From: Candidatus Cloacimonadales bacterium
Lineage (GTDB): Bacteria > Cloacimonadota > Cloacimonadia > Cloacimonadales > JAFGVF01
DNA: 64,000 bases
Reading direction: 5' to 3'
Assembly (NCBI GenBank): GCA_963667035.1
Contig: OY762964.1
Span: 1,472,001-1,536,000 of the forward strand
Shown: positions 1 to 10,905 of the stretch, piece by piece
Numbering within the stretch: position 1 is the first letter of the stretch
Layout: every line of letters starts with the position of its first letter
Notes under the pieces: model-generated
What the model was told of the DNA's origin: nothing
Databases searched by the model: none
The model's input: the letters and a program-made list of their open reading frames with translations, nothing else
Position numbers and translations under genes: made by a program

Positions 1-1428
1 ATTCAAAGCATCTTTAATCTTAATATCGATTTTGGGACCATAGAAAGCTCCGCCACCTTCGTCAACTTTATAGTCAAGTCCGGCTTTTTCAATCGACTTA
101 CGAAGTGACTCCGTAGCTGTTTGCCAGTCTGCATCTTCACCAACCGATTTCTCGGGCTTAGTTGAAAGGTATACATCCAAGTCTTTAAAACCAAACTTCT
201 TAAGAATGTAAAGTGAGAAATCAATAAGTCTTTCAACTTCACCGTCCAACTGCTCAGGTGTACAAATAATATGTGCATCGTCCTGAGTAAATCCTCTTAC
301 TCTCATAAGTCCATGCAATGTACCGGAACGTTCATAACGATAAACTGTGCCAAGTTCACCTAATCTAAGCGGAAGCTCTCTATAACTACGCTTGGTAGAA
401 TTATATATGGCAATATGGAAAGGACAGTTCATTGGTTTCAGATAGTAGTCTTGTCCTTCAACTTCAATTGCAGAGAACATACTCTCATTATAGAAACCGA
501 GGTGTCCACTTGTCTCCCAAAGGGTTGATTTACCTATATGGGGAGTATAAACAAGTTTGTATCCTGCTTTGATATGCTCATCTTTCCAGTATGACTCGAT
601 TAAATGTCGCATCATAGCACCATTAGGATGCCACAGAATCAAACCTGCTCCGATATCCTCTGAGATTGAGAACAAATCAAGCTCTTTACCAAGCTTTCTG
701 TGGTCTCTTTTCTTTGCTTCTTCAAGATTGTTGAGATAAACTTTCAACTCTTTCTTATTTGGAAAACTGATTCCATAAATACGCTTGAGCATCTTGTTCT
801 TTTCATCACCACGCCAGTAAGCACCCGATGTTTTAAGAAGCTTAACCGCTTTCATTAAACCTGTGTTAGGAATATGAGGTCCACGACAAAGGTCAACAAA
901 CTTATCCTGTCTGTAAATAGAGATAACTTCGTCTTCCGGAATCTCACTAAGTATTTCTACTTTATAAGGTTCATCCATCTCTGTAAACATTTTCAGAGCT
1001 TCATTACGAGGTAACTCTTCACGTGTGTATTCATGTTTACCTTTAGCAATTTCAAGCATCTTACTCTCAATCTTTTCAAGGTCAGCTTCGCTAAAAGCTT
1101 CTTCTCTATCAAAGTCATAGTAAAAACCGTTCTCAATGGCAGGTCCGATTGTGACTTTCACCTCAGGAAATAGTTCCTGAACAGCCTGAGCCATAATATG
1201 AGCAGAACTGTGCCAGAAAATCTCAGGACCTTCTTCACTGTTAAATGTGATAATGCTAACATTAGCGTCATCATCTATGAGCTCTGAAAGATCACATAAT
1301 TTATCATTAACCTTTGCGGCAAGAGCAACACGAGCTAAGCCTTCGCTGATATCAAGAGCAACATCATAGGCTTTGACGGGTCCTTCAAATTCCCTGATTG
1401 AACCATCAGGTAAAGTAATCTTTAACAT
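1..1428 (-). CDS. thrS: Threonyl-tRNA synthetase (3' end runs off the window)
   Basis: Missing from the ORF track. The minus strand from ATG 1428 reads MLKITLPDGSIREFEGP...FWHSSAHIMAQAV...DLCRGPH...GAYWRGDE...KPMNCPFH...YRYERSGTLHGLMRVRGFTQDDAH, all ThrRS motifs. Confidence 0.97.
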   Translation of the reverse strand, partial: MLKITLPDGSIREFEGPVKAYDVALDISEGLARVALAAKVNDKLCDLSELIDDDANVSIITFNSEEGPEIFWHSSAHIMAQAVQELFPEVKVTIGPAIENGFYYDFDREEAFSEADLEKIESKMLEIAKGKHEYTREELPRNEALKMFTEMDEPYKVEILSEIPEDEVISIYRQDKFVDLCRGPHIPNTGLMKAVKLLKTSGAYWRGDEKNKMLKRIYGISFPNKKELKVYLNNLEEAKKRDHRKLGKELDLFSISEDIGAGLILWHPNGAMMRHLIESYWKDEHIKAGYKLVYTPHIGKSTLWETSGHLGFYNESMFSAIEVEGQDYYLKPMNCPFHIAIYNSTKRSYRELPLRLGELGTVYRYERSGTLHGLMRVRGFTQDDAHIICTPEQLDGEVERLIDFSLYILKKFGFKDLDVYLSTKPEKSVGEDADWQTATESLRKSIEKAGLDYKVDEGGGAFYGPKIDIKIKDALN

Positions 1429-2730
1429 CTATTTCTCCTGTTTATATTTCTTTGCTAATTTTTCTTCAATATCTTTTGCTGCCTGATCCAAAGCATCCAT
1501 TGGCTCTATAAGACCATTTATAACTCTTTCAAGCACCTGTTCCTCAAGGTCTTTACGGGCATTATACCACTCGGCAAACTGAGGCTCGGTAGTAGCATAT
1601 TCAAGCTGTCCGTATACCTGGGCAAGTGATTCGTTACCGGCAAGCATTCCTTTTATAGTATCGGTTTCAAGGGCACTCTTTCTAACAGGCATATAATTGG
1701 TCAAATATGACCATTTTGCCGTAGCTTCAGTATCCGAGAACCATTTAATGAATTCCCATGCAGCTCTCTCCCGCTCTGTGTTACCACTCTTAAAAATAGC
1801 AACGTTTGTACCACTTATAATATTCTTCTTCGTTCTGAAGTGTGGTATGGGAGCCATGCCCATATTAAATAAAAACTTCTGTTTCTTCATAAATACAATC
1901 GAAACCGAGGAACCTTCATACATTCCTACTTTCTCAGCAAGGAAGTCATTCTGTCCCTCAAAACCCGACACTGTATAAACGCTCTTGTCTTCATTCAGCA
2001 GATTGCAAATGAAATCAAGAGCTTCACCTCCGGCGGATGAGTTAAAAGCAGGTGTAATACCGTCTTCTTTCATAATAGAGCCACCTGCTTGAACAAGCAG
2101 ATTCTCAAATTGCCATGCACTGACATTCATATTAGTACCGTATGTGTCAGTAACACCATCACCATCTAAGTCTTTAGTCAGTTTCTTACAGTAATGACGG
2201 AAATCCTCCCAAGTCTCGGGAGGAGTATTTGGATCAAGTCCATTTCTAATAAAAGCATCTTTATTGTAATATAGGAGTCTGACACTCTTGTTAAACGGCA
2301 TTGAATAAAGTTTGCCGTTAAGAGTGTTGGATTGAATGAAAACAGGGAATATATCCGCCATATCTTCGTCTGTCATATTAGGATCGTTAGCAATCATCTC
2401 GTCAAGATTAAGTAAAACATCACCTTCAACGAAATTTGCTGTCCAAGATTCAAAGACTTGAGCAATATCAGGTTGTTTGTCAGCTTGTATGGAAGCCATT
2501 AGCTTTTGAGACAAAGCTTGATAATTACCAACTGATATTGATCTGACAAATATGCTATCCTGACTCATATTGAAATCAAGTACAAGCTCATTCAGAGCTT
2601 CCCCTAGCGGACCACCCATAGCATGCCAAAAGATAATCTCGGTTTTGGCACTCTTAGACTGCTTACTGCATCCAAACATTAAAACAAGTAATGCAAGCAG
2701 AAACAATATTTTCTTCATTATCTTCTCCAA
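1429..2730 (-). CDS. ABC transporter substrate-binding lipoprotein (UgpB/sugar-binding family)
   Basis: Lipobox LMFGC, IIFWHAMGG, PFNKSVRLLYYNKD and AAWEFIKW motifs. Confidence 0.88.
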   Translation of the reverse strand: MEKIMKKILFLLALLVLMFGCSKQSKSAKTEIIFWHAMGGPLGEALNELVLDFNMSQDSIFVRSISVGNYQALSQKLMASIQADKQPDIAQVFESWTANFVEGDVLLNLDEMIANDPNMTDEDMADIFPVFIQSNTLNGKLYSMPFNKSVRLLYYNKDAFIRNGLDPNTPPETWEDFRHYCKKLTKDLDGDGVTDTYGTNMNVSAWQFENLLVQAGGSIMKEDGITPAFNSSAGGEALDFICNLLNEDKSVYTVSGFEGQNDFLAEKVGMYEGSSVSIVFMKKQKFLFNMGMAPIPHFRTKKNIISGTNVAIFKSGNTERERAAWEFIKWFSDTEATAKWSYLTNYMPVRKSALETDTIKGMLAGNESLAQVYGQLEYATTEPQFAEWYNARKDLEEQVLERVINGLIEPMDALDQAAKDIEEKLAKKYKQEK

Positions 2731-2899
2731 TAATTACAATATAATCCAACTTGCTAATAATTATCACTATTATCTACAGTCAAATGATTTTTGTGTTCAG
2801 TATTGATAGATTTTATCAAGCAAGCATTCACAGCATAACAAACTAAAATGGTTTTATAGTATTACTATAGGATAGATACCATGTAAAAAGCTAAATCCT

Positions 2900-3916
2900 C
2901 TAACTATCCAACAGCTTAGCTCTAACTTTTGCACTGATCATATCCATAATCCATACAACTATTGCAATTAACCACATAATCAAACCAACATTTCGCCAAG
3001 CTAGCATCTGCTGTTCTTGCATAAGAGCAAGACCAATCCCCCCACCACCAACAAAACCTACTATTGTAGCCATTCTTACGTTAATGTCCCATCTGTAGAT
3101 AGTGAAAGCAAGATAAGGAGAAATTATCTGAGGAATTACAGCATATATCCAAACCTGTAACGTTGAGGCACCAGTAGCTTTTATTGCTTCAACCTGTCCC
3201 CAATCAATGTTCTCTATCTGCTCGGAATAGAGTTTTACTAAAGCGGCAATAGAATGAGTCGTCAAAGCCAGCATACCTGCAAAAGGACCTATACCAACCC
3301 AAACAGAAAATATGATAGCCCAGACAATTGCTTCAATTGATCTAAAGACAGTCGCAATTGTCCTTATTATAAAGTAAACTGTTACACTCAGAGCATTACC
3401 GGACATAAGGTTTCTTGCTGCAAAAAAACTGAGTATGAAAGCTATAGGAATAGCAAATATGGTAGCCATGAAAGCTAAAAATATAGTCTCGGATAATGAT
3501 CCTAATAAGGGAGTTAACTTAGTAAAGTTAGGGTTAAAAAGACCACTTAATATATTACCGGAATTCCTAAATTGAGTGAAGAACTCAACCGGATTGATTT
3601 CTACAACAAGCCAACCTGTAAACATTGTTATTGCAATCAACGGAAGTATATAAATCCAGAAGCCACCATGTTTATCTTCATCTCTCAGGAATATTCTATA
3701 GCCCAGGGACATCTTCATTAGCAATAAAGATATGGACTTAAGAATAGCAAGCACTAATATAACTATTACAAGACTTATGCTTTTAGACTCTAAAAAATCG
3801 GACAATGCTGATTCGCTAAAGAAATTAACAATATAAGCTATACATCCTATGAAATAACTAAAGAACAGTATATCTGTTCCCAAAGCTTTGATATAATTAA
3901 ACACTTTATCTTTCAT
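2900..3916 (-). CDS. phnE: Phosphonate/phosphite ABC transporter permease
   Basis: EQIENID..QVEAIKATGA, YRWDINVRMATIVGFVGGGGIG; hydrophobic. Confidence 0.9.
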   Translation of the reverse strand: MKDKVFNYIKALGTDILFFSYFIGCIAYIVNFFSESALSDFLESKSISLVIVILVLAILKSISLLLMKMSLGYRIFLRDEDKHGGFWIYILPLIAITMFTGWLVVEINPVEFFTQFRNSGNILSGLFNPNFTKLTPLLGSLSETIFLAFMATIFAIPIAFILSFFAARNLMSGNALSVTVYFIIRTIATVFRSIEAIVWAIIFSVWVGIGPFAGMLALTTHSIAALVKLYSEQIENIDWGQVEAIKATGASTLQVWIYAVIPQIISPYLAFTIYRWDINVRMATIVGFVGGGGIGLALMQEQQMLAWRNVGLIMWLIAIVVWIMDMISAKVRAKLLDS

Positions 3917-3921
3917 AATAT

Positions 3922-4677
3922 CTACCTTATAGTAATCTCTTCAGCTTCTTCGCCATATATAGAACGGAATCTGGATTCGTCTATCTCGTTAGGATTACCT
4001 TCAAAGACTTTCTTCCCGTCCTTAAGTGCAACTACCCTACTTCCGTACTTACGAGCAAGGCTTAAAAAATGAAGTGAACATATCACGGTAATACCGTCAT
4101 TCTTATTTAATTCTCCTAGATAATGCATTACGGAATCGGCAGTAGCGGGATCAAGAGAAGCAACTGGTTCATCAGCTAGTATAATATCAGGACTTTGCAT
4201 CAAAGCTCTTGCGATAGCCACTCTTTGCTGCTGGCCTCCACTCAAATTCTTAACTTTACGCTTGGCAAAATCAGCTAATCCTACCCTTTTCAGATTCTGA
4301 ATTGCTAACTCCTTCTCCTCTTTTGTCCAAGGTTTTAGAAGAGAATGTTGACCTAATCGCCCTGTAAGTACATTAGTAAGAACAGAGAGATTCTTAATAA
4401 GGTTAAACTGTTGAAAAATCATACCAATTCTACTTCTAACAGCAGGAAGTTCTCTATTGGTAAGAGTCGTTATCTCTTTACCTTTGAAAGAGATTGAACC
4501 GGAAGTCGGCTCTATCAGTCTGTTAATACAACGCAGAAGCGTGGATTTACCGGAACCGGATAATCCTAAAAGAATAGCAAACTCACCCTCTTTAATATCA
4601 AGATTGATATTCTTCAGAGCATGTGTCTCTCTATCATAGTATTTGTTTAAGTCTTTAATCTTAATAATATCTGACAT
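3922..4677 (-). CDS. phnC: Phosphonate ABC transporter ATP-binding protein
   Basis: GLSGSGKST, LSGGQQQRV, LADEPVASLDP. Confidence 0.93.
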   Translation of the reverse strand: MSDIIKIKDLNKYYDRETHALKNINLDIKEGEFAILLGLSGSGKSTLLRCINRLIEPTSGSISFKGKEITTLTNRELPAVRSRIGMIFQQFNLIKNLSVLTNVLTGRLGQHSLLKPWTKEEKELAIQNLKRVGLADFAKRKVKNLSGGQQQRVAIARALMQSPDIILADEPVASLDPATADSVMHYLGELNKNDGITVICSLHFLSLARKYGSRVVALKDGKKVFEGNPNEIDESRFRSIYGEEAEEITIR

Positions 4678-5580
4678 TTACATCCTATCTGCTGCACTCA
4701 TACCAAGTGTCTTGAGTGTTTTTCTTACAATATCATAATCTGAATCGGTTGCTCTTTCAAGTCCGTCGATCTGATAAAGGTCAAACAACATCTGTTTTAT
4801 TGTTGGATTCTCGAATCCTTTTTCCAATGCTGAGACAATATTCTCTCTCATATCTGCCGGGAAACCTTTCCTAAATGTTACCGTATCATTAGGAATCCAA
4901 TCTGTAAAATCAACAATCTTAACTTTCTCATAGATATCTGGATATGTCTCGGAAAGCTTTTGTCTAGCATCCATAGGTTCCCCCTCTTTATTAGCGGGAG
5001 ACCAGAAAGTACAACCAACATCAACGTTACCTTGATACACCGCTAAAACTGCCGCAGGATGGCTACCAAGAAATCTTTGATGCTTAGGTTCAATACCCTT
5101 CATTTTAAGAATTGCAGAAGGATATATAAATCCTGATGTTGAGGCGGCATCAGTGTAACCAATGCTCTTATCCTGTATGTCCTCAATACTGTCAATACCT
5201 GAATCTGCCTTGGCAATAAACTCTCCGCGATAAGCTTTTAAACCGTTTCTAACTGTCGTCATAGCTACTTCAGCATCATACTTTTCATTGGCCAAGATAT
5301 AACCGAATGTAGCGAGCCAACCTATATCAGCTTGCTCAGTTCCCATTGCTTCAATAACAGAAGCATAACTGGTAGGCACTTTTATCTCAAACTTATAACC
5401 GGTAACTTCTTCAAGGTATTCGGCAATTGCTTCACCACTTGTTACTATTGTGCTAGCTTCCATAGAAGGTACAAAATACATTTTTACAGGATTCTTTTTT
5501 GTTCCCAATTCAGCTTTCTCACCGCAACCGACAAGAATCAACAATACTAGCATGATTAAAACTATATAAAATATCTTCAT
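4678..5580 (-). CDS. phnD: Phosphate/phosphite/phosphonate ABC substrate-binding lipoprotein
   Basis: Lipobox LVGC, STSGFIYP, GSHPAAV, IPND; operon with phnC and phnE. Confidence 0.88.
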   Translation of the reverse strand: MKIFYIVLIMLVLLILVGCGEKAELGTKKNPVKMYFVPSMEASTIVTSGEAIAEYLEEVTGYKFEIKVPTSYASVIEAMGTEQADIGWLATFGYILANEKYDAEVAMTTVRNGLKAYRGEFIAKADSGIDSIEDIQDKSIGYTDAASTSGFIYPSAILKMKGIEPKHQRFLGSHPAAVLAVYQGNVDVGCTFWSPANKEGEPMDARQKLSETYPDIYEKVKIVDFTDWIPNDTVTFRKGFPADMRENIVSALEKGFENPTIKQMLFDLYQIDGLERATDSDYDIVRKTLKTLGMSAADRM

Positions 5581-5750
5581 TTATTTCTCCTATCTTTGTT
5601 AAACAGAATAATAGTAAAAACAAGTGCACATACTCCAAAAATTATATAGCTAAGCACTAGTTTACTGTTTCCATTTGTATAATGGATATAACTCCCGAAC
5701 AGCAACATGATGGTAATAGCAAGCCAAGCCCACTTTCTTATCCTACCCAT
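5577..5750 (-). CDS. Small two-TM membrane protein (57 aa)
   Basis: Below the ORF-track cutoff. GGAGG RBS, then MGRIRKWAWLAITIMLLFGSYIHYTNGNSKLVLSYIIFGVCALVFTIILFNKDRRNK; stop overlaps the phnD start (ATGA). Confidence 0.7.
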   Translation of the reverse strand: MGRIRKWAWLAITIMLLFGSYIHYTNGNSKLVLSYIIFGVCALVFTIILFNKDRRNK

Positions 5751-5812
5751 TCTGTTTATCCTCCTGTTAAAGTTTGTTATTCATTTAATTACATATCTAT
5801 ATTTAAAGTTAT

Positions 5813-6499
5813 TTATAACAGTATATCGTCTAATTCATAGAGACTATTCACTACATAATCAGGCACAATATCACTCTTATTCTCTTTATCAAAGAGATTA
5901 ACCCAACATGTCTTTATGCCAAAATTCTTTCCACCTTTAATATCAGAATTAAGGTTGTCCCCAATAATGATTGCTTTATGATGTTCTTTCCAATCCAAAG
6001 CATCAAACACTTTCTCAAAATAGGTTCTCTCCGGTTTCATAGCATCAATCTCTTCCGAAAGAAATACATGAGGAAAATATTTGTCAAGTTTAGCTAAGTT
6101 GATTCTGTTATATTGCACTTTAGCCAGTCCGTTACTTACAATAGCAAGAGTAGCCTTATCATGAAGTTTATCCAGAATTTCATACATACCGTCAACCGGG
6201 AAAGCTTTCTTTGAGAGAAACTCTTGATACTTATTCCCACACTCCTCAGCATCACATTTATAAACAAAATGCTTAGCCATGTCCCTAAAGCGTTTGCTCT
6301 TCAATGTTTTTAAGTCTACTAATCCATTCTCGAAATCAGTCCATAGTTGATTGTTAATTCTTTTATATGTCTCATGATATAGAGCGGGATTAACATCTAT
6401 ATTCAACCATTGTCTCATCTCTTCAATAGCTTCAATTTCAGCTTGTTTATAATTTAGGAGGGTATTATCCAAATCAAATAGGATTAAATCATACTTCAT
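5813..6499 (-). CDS. YjjG-family HAD nucleotidase
   Basis: FDLDNTL, VSNG, KP and GDNLNSDIKGG HAD motifs. Confidence 0.88.
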   Translation of the reverse strand: MKYDLILFDLDNTLLNYKQAEIEAIEEMRQWLNIDVNPALYHETYKRINNQLWTDFENGLVDLKTLKSKRFRDMAKHFVYKCDAEECGNKYQEFLSKKAFPVDGMYEILDKLHDKATLAIVSNGLAKVQYNRINLAKLDKYFPHVFLSEEIDAMKPERTYFEKVFDALDWKEHHKAIIIGDNLNSDIKGGKNFGIKTCWVNLFDKENKSDIVPDYVVNSLYELDDILL

Positions 6500-6540
6500 T
6501 ACATTCCTTGTTCATAACATATTCAATCTATATTATTTAA

Positions 6541-7611
6541 TTAATCTGTACTAGTTAAAATCTTGAAAAGAGCTTTGTTTATATAATAATTATATCTGCC
6601 AACCTTTTCTTTTTGTAATAAACCATCAGAACATAAAGCATCTAAATATTTTGTTGCAGTAAGTCTACTTACATTTAACTGTTTTTGAATAAACTCTATT
6701 TTCGTATACGGATGGAAGAACAAATTGTTTATCAAATCTTGGCTATAAAACTTATGATTTTCTCTAATGATATGCTTATATTCCAATAATGATTCTCTTA
6801 TTGCTTCAATTTTTGAAATCGTTTGTTTTGAAGTCACTTCTACACCTTCTAGCAAGAATAAAATCCAAGCTTCCCAATCCCCTTGTTCTCTTAATCTCTG
6901 AAGGAGCATGTAATAATCGTTTTTATGGCTGACAATGTAGCGACTTAAGTACAATACAGGAATATCAAGAAGTTTTTTCAAAACTAAATATAGAACATTA
7001 ATTATACGACCAGTTCTACCATTTCCATCATAAAAAGGATGAATACTCTCAAACTGATAATGAATAATTGCCATCTTTACAAGTGTATCTAAATCTGAGT
7101 AGTCATCTTCATTTATAAACTGTTCTAAATTAGCCATTAAAATTACAATATCACTATGATTCTGAGGAGGTATATAAACTGTCTCACCAGTTGCTTCATT
7201 CTTTAGTTCTGTTCCTGGTAATTTTCGAAATCCGGATCGTGTATTTTCTAACTTTGTATGTATATCAATAATATGATTAGAAGTAAGTAATGAGGTTGAT
7301 TTAACTAATTCAAAACCAGCTTTTAGAGCCCCAATGTAATTCTTAACTTCCTTTGAGGCTGGATTAGTAGTATATTTAGGAAACAGTTCTGCTTTGTACA
7401 ACTCATCATGCGTCGTAACTATATTTTCAATAGCAGAGCTATCTTTTGCTTCTTGGAGAGATAGAGTATTAATCAACACATCTTGATTCGGAATACTTGC
7501 AGATTTACCTTTTAATTCAGCTAAAAAACGATGTGCAGAAGCAGCTTTTTTTAAAACTGCTTTTGTCTCAATATCCATCTTAGGTGGAAGAGTTTGAAGA
7601 AGTAAACTCAT
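6541..7611 (-). CDS. Fic-family protein with N-terminal inhibitory helix and C-terminal HTH
   Basis: HPFYDGNGRTGR Fic motif; SSAIEN inhibitory motif; C-terminal LNVSRLTATKYLDAL HTH-like segment. Confidence 0.93.
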   Translation of the reverse strand: MSLLLQTLPPKMDIETKAVLKKAASAHRFLAELKGKSASIPNQDVLINTLSLQEAKDSSAIENIVTTHDELYKAELFPKYTTNPASKEVKNYIGALKAGFELVKSTSLLTSNHIIDIHTKLENTRSGFRKLPGTELKNEATGETVYIPPQNHSDIVILMANLEQFINEDDYSDLDTLVKMAIIHYQFESIHPFYDGNGRTGRIINVLYLVLKKLLDIPVLYLSRYIVSHKNDYYMLLQRLREQGDWEAWILFLLEGVEVTSKQTISKIEAIRESLLEYKHIIRENHKFYSQDLINNLFFHPYTKIEFIQKQLNVSRLTATKYLDALCSDGLLQKEKVGRYNYYINKALFKILTSTD

Positions 7612-7626
7612 AGCATTTGCTCCTTA

Positions 7627-7696
7627 TGTATAGATAAAGTCATTATTCTATACAAATCATTCACTACATGTATAGCAATATTGAATTTTGTATACA
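7627..7696. promoter_or_regulatory. Two tandem TGTATA-N16-TATACA inverted repeats (candidate operators of the fic gene)
   Basis: Sites at 7627-7654 and 7669-7696, identical half-sites and spacing, 42 bp apart, just upstream of the fic RBS. Confidence 0.6.
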
Positions 7697-7740
7697 TGTA
7701 TTACCCAATTTGTCTAAGAATCAAGCTTTTTTTAAACATC

Positions 7741-9027
7741 TCATACTTCACAATACTCTATTCCTTCATCATAATTATTATACTCGAGTAATGAATCAAA
7801 GACAAGTACTTCCCTTTTCCAAAACTCCTCAAAGTCCTCTTTACGTTTGTTATCTATCGTTAAGTCATCAGCTGAGAACATTGTAGCAGGAAGAATCGGC
7901 ACTTCATCTTCTGTCAATTCAATTTGAGTTAAAACATCATTAGCAGTTAGCAATCCGGCAACAGTGACTGTCTCACCGAAGAATTCGTTCTTAACTGCAA
8001 CAACTCTTACTTTGTTTTCTGATTCAGCATTTATCTCATCTGCAATTGCTTTTATAAAAGGATATGCAAGCTCTGCTGTTATAAATACCAGATTTCGATT
8101 ACCCAATTCTTCAAGTATCTCTTCTTTATACATACTCCAATTCTCGAGTAGTAATCTAATCATTCCGATACCGTTCTCTATCTGAGGGTAACCATTGTAG
8201 TATTCTTCATCCGGTATCGGTAATTCCGCTTTAATGTAAAACTCATCAGAACAGTAAATGTTATCTCTATCATACTTATCTCTCATGTTCTCACAAAGCT
8301 CAATAGTATGAATTGCTTCCGCTTTATTTACAGGTCTGAGAGATTCAAGATCATTTCTATACTTTGTTAATCCGACAGGTACCACACCTATAGACTCAAT
8401 GTTTAATTCAGGATTGCACAAATCTTTCAAAGTATTCTCAAGCTCTTCTCCATCATTCCAACCGGGCACAACTACAATCTGAGTCTCCATCAGTATATCA
8501 TGCTCAGAGAAGTACCTAAGTTTTTCCATAATATCAAAATCCTGCTTATATCTCATCATACGTTTTCGAAGAATCGGATTAGTAGAGTGTACCGAGATAT
8601 AAATTGGAGATAATTGCATCTCCACTATCTGTTGGAAATCATATTCACTCATATTTGTTAGTGTGATATAGTTTCCATAGACAAAACTAAAAGTATAATC
8701 ATCATCCTTGATATTAAGTGTATGCCTAAATCCTGTTGGCATCTGATCTATGAAGCAGAAGATACAGTTATTGGCACAATCTCTGCATTTATGCTCAGCA
8801 GGTGTAATGCCTAGCTCAGTAATCCAATCCTGTATAACTCTTTTAGTTACTTCTTCACCTGTAGGCAATCTTAGTTTAAAAGTCAGGATTTGTTCTGCCG
8901 AGTAATACTGTAATTCCAGAAAGTTATGGATAAGGTGCCCATTTAATGATAGTATTAGACTACCGGCTACAATTCCTGATTTATCAGCAAGAGTATTCTC
9001 TTTAATCGAATGAATCCTAACTGCCAA
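7741..9027 (-). CDS. PDZ + DUF512 radical-SAM-like protein
   Basis: CANNCIFCFIDQMP, KDDDY, YPQIENGIG, TVTVAGLLT. Confidence 0.9.
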   Translation of the reverse strand: MAVRIHSIKENTLADKSGIVAGSLILSLNGHLIHNFLELQYYSAEQILTFKLRLPTGEEVTKRVIQDWITELGITPAEHKCRDCANNCIFCFIDQMPTGFRHTLNIKDDDYTFSFVYGNYITLTNMSEYDFQQIVEMQLSPIYISVHSTNPILRKRMMRYKQDFDIMEKLRYFSEHDILMETQIVVVPGWNDGEELENTLKDLCNPELNIESIGVVPVGLTKYRNDLESLRPVNKAEAIHTIELCENMRDKYDRDNIYCSDEFYIKAELPIPDEEYYNGYPQIENGIGMIRLLLENWSMYKEEILEELGNRNLVFITAELAYPFIKAIADEINAESENKVRVVAVKNEFFGETVTVAGLLTANDVLTQIELTEDEVPILPATMFSADDLTIDNKRKEDFEEFWKREVLVFDSLLEYNNYDEGIEYCEV

Positions 9028-9871
9028 TTGTTTGTTCCTTTATCTCTTCCAAATATTCTGTATATGCTTCTTGCCAAGTGCGTATTTTACCTATTTGAGC
9101 TTCGTATTTATCAGTAGCAAGAACATTTCTTTGGGGTTGTTCTATTCTCTCATTGAAATAGCTTGAAGTCACGGGATGAATAATCAAATCTTCTTTCTCG
9201 AAATGTTTCCTGACAAACTCAGCAACTTCATAGCGGGTTGTCTCTCCCTTATTAGTGAAGTGAAAGATACCTCTTTTGCCGGCTTCCAATAACTTGAAGG
9301 TAGCATCAACGATATCCTTTGCATAGGTTGTTTTTGATACTTGCTCGTTATTCACAAACAGCTCTTGTTTACTGCTAATCATTTCAGGTAAACGGGATAT
9401 GAAGCATTTGCTAGTCAGACCAAAAACCCATGAAACCCTTATGATAAGATGATTGGGAGTTTCCATTTTCAAACCGGTCTCCCCCATACTCTTTGAACAG
9501 GGATAGACATTCTTGGAACGTGGAATCACTGCTTCGCTATAAGCATCCATAAAGTTGTTGTTGTAAATACTCGCAGTACTGAAGTGAACAAATTTACATC
9601 CGTGTTCTCTCGCTACACGTCCAAGAAGTGTAGGTCCCAGGCAATTGACATTAATAGCATTTTCAAGTTCCTCTTCGCATTCGAAAGGATCCGATATTGC
9701 AGCACAATTAATTAACACATCCGGTTTATGCTCACTTACAGCTTTTTGTATCTCTTCAACTTCAACAATATCAAGTTCTTCATGAGTGAAAGCAACATTG
9801 TTGCTAAATCTTACATCTTTCAAGAAATACTGAGCTAAAGCACCCTTAGCACCTACAATCATATACTTCAT
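9017..9871 (-). CDS. rfbD: dTDP-4-dehydrorhamnose reductase-like SDR
   Basis: IVGAKG, PDVLINCAA, HFST, YxxSK. Start moved to MKYMIVG at 9871. Confidence 0.75.
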   Translation of the reverse strand: MKYMIVGAKGALAQYFLKDVRFSNNVAFTHEELDIVEVEEIQKAVSEHKPDVLINCAAISDPFECEEELENAINVNCLGPTLLGRVAREHGCKFVHFSTASIYNNNFMDAYSEAVIPRSKNVYPCSKSMGETGLKMETPNHLIIRVSWVFGLTSKCFISRLPEMISSKQELFVNNEQVSKTTYAKDIVDATFKLLEAGKRGIFHFTNKGETTRYEVAEFVRKHFEKEDLIIHPVTSSYFNERIEQPQRNVLATDKYEAQIGKIRTWQEAYTEYLEEIKEQTIGS

Positions 9872-9906
9872 ATTAGTTCCCAATCCTTGGTTATAACAAA
9901 GCAAAC

Positions 9907-9932
9907 CCACCTTACTAGTTAAAGTAAGGTGG
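9907..9932 (-). terminator. Hairpin downstream of kce (probable intrinsic terminator)
   Basis: 10-bp stem CCACCTTACT/AGTAAGGTGG followed by a T-rich stretch on the minus strand. Confidence 0.5.
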
Positions 9933-9988
9933 AATTTAAGAATTATAAACTATAGCTTAATTTATAAGCTACTAGCTTGAATTATTTG

Positions 9989-10825
<837 letters not shown>

Positions 10826-10905
10826 TCACCTCTTTAAATTTCATTTGTTGTTATTACGAAGTTATGCTCTTATTTGTCAATTAGAATGTGGTTACAAATA
10901 AATTA

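Noticed and set aside
3..739. ORF-track entries 3..278 and 557..739
   Set aside because: Off-frame or antisense shadows of thrS.
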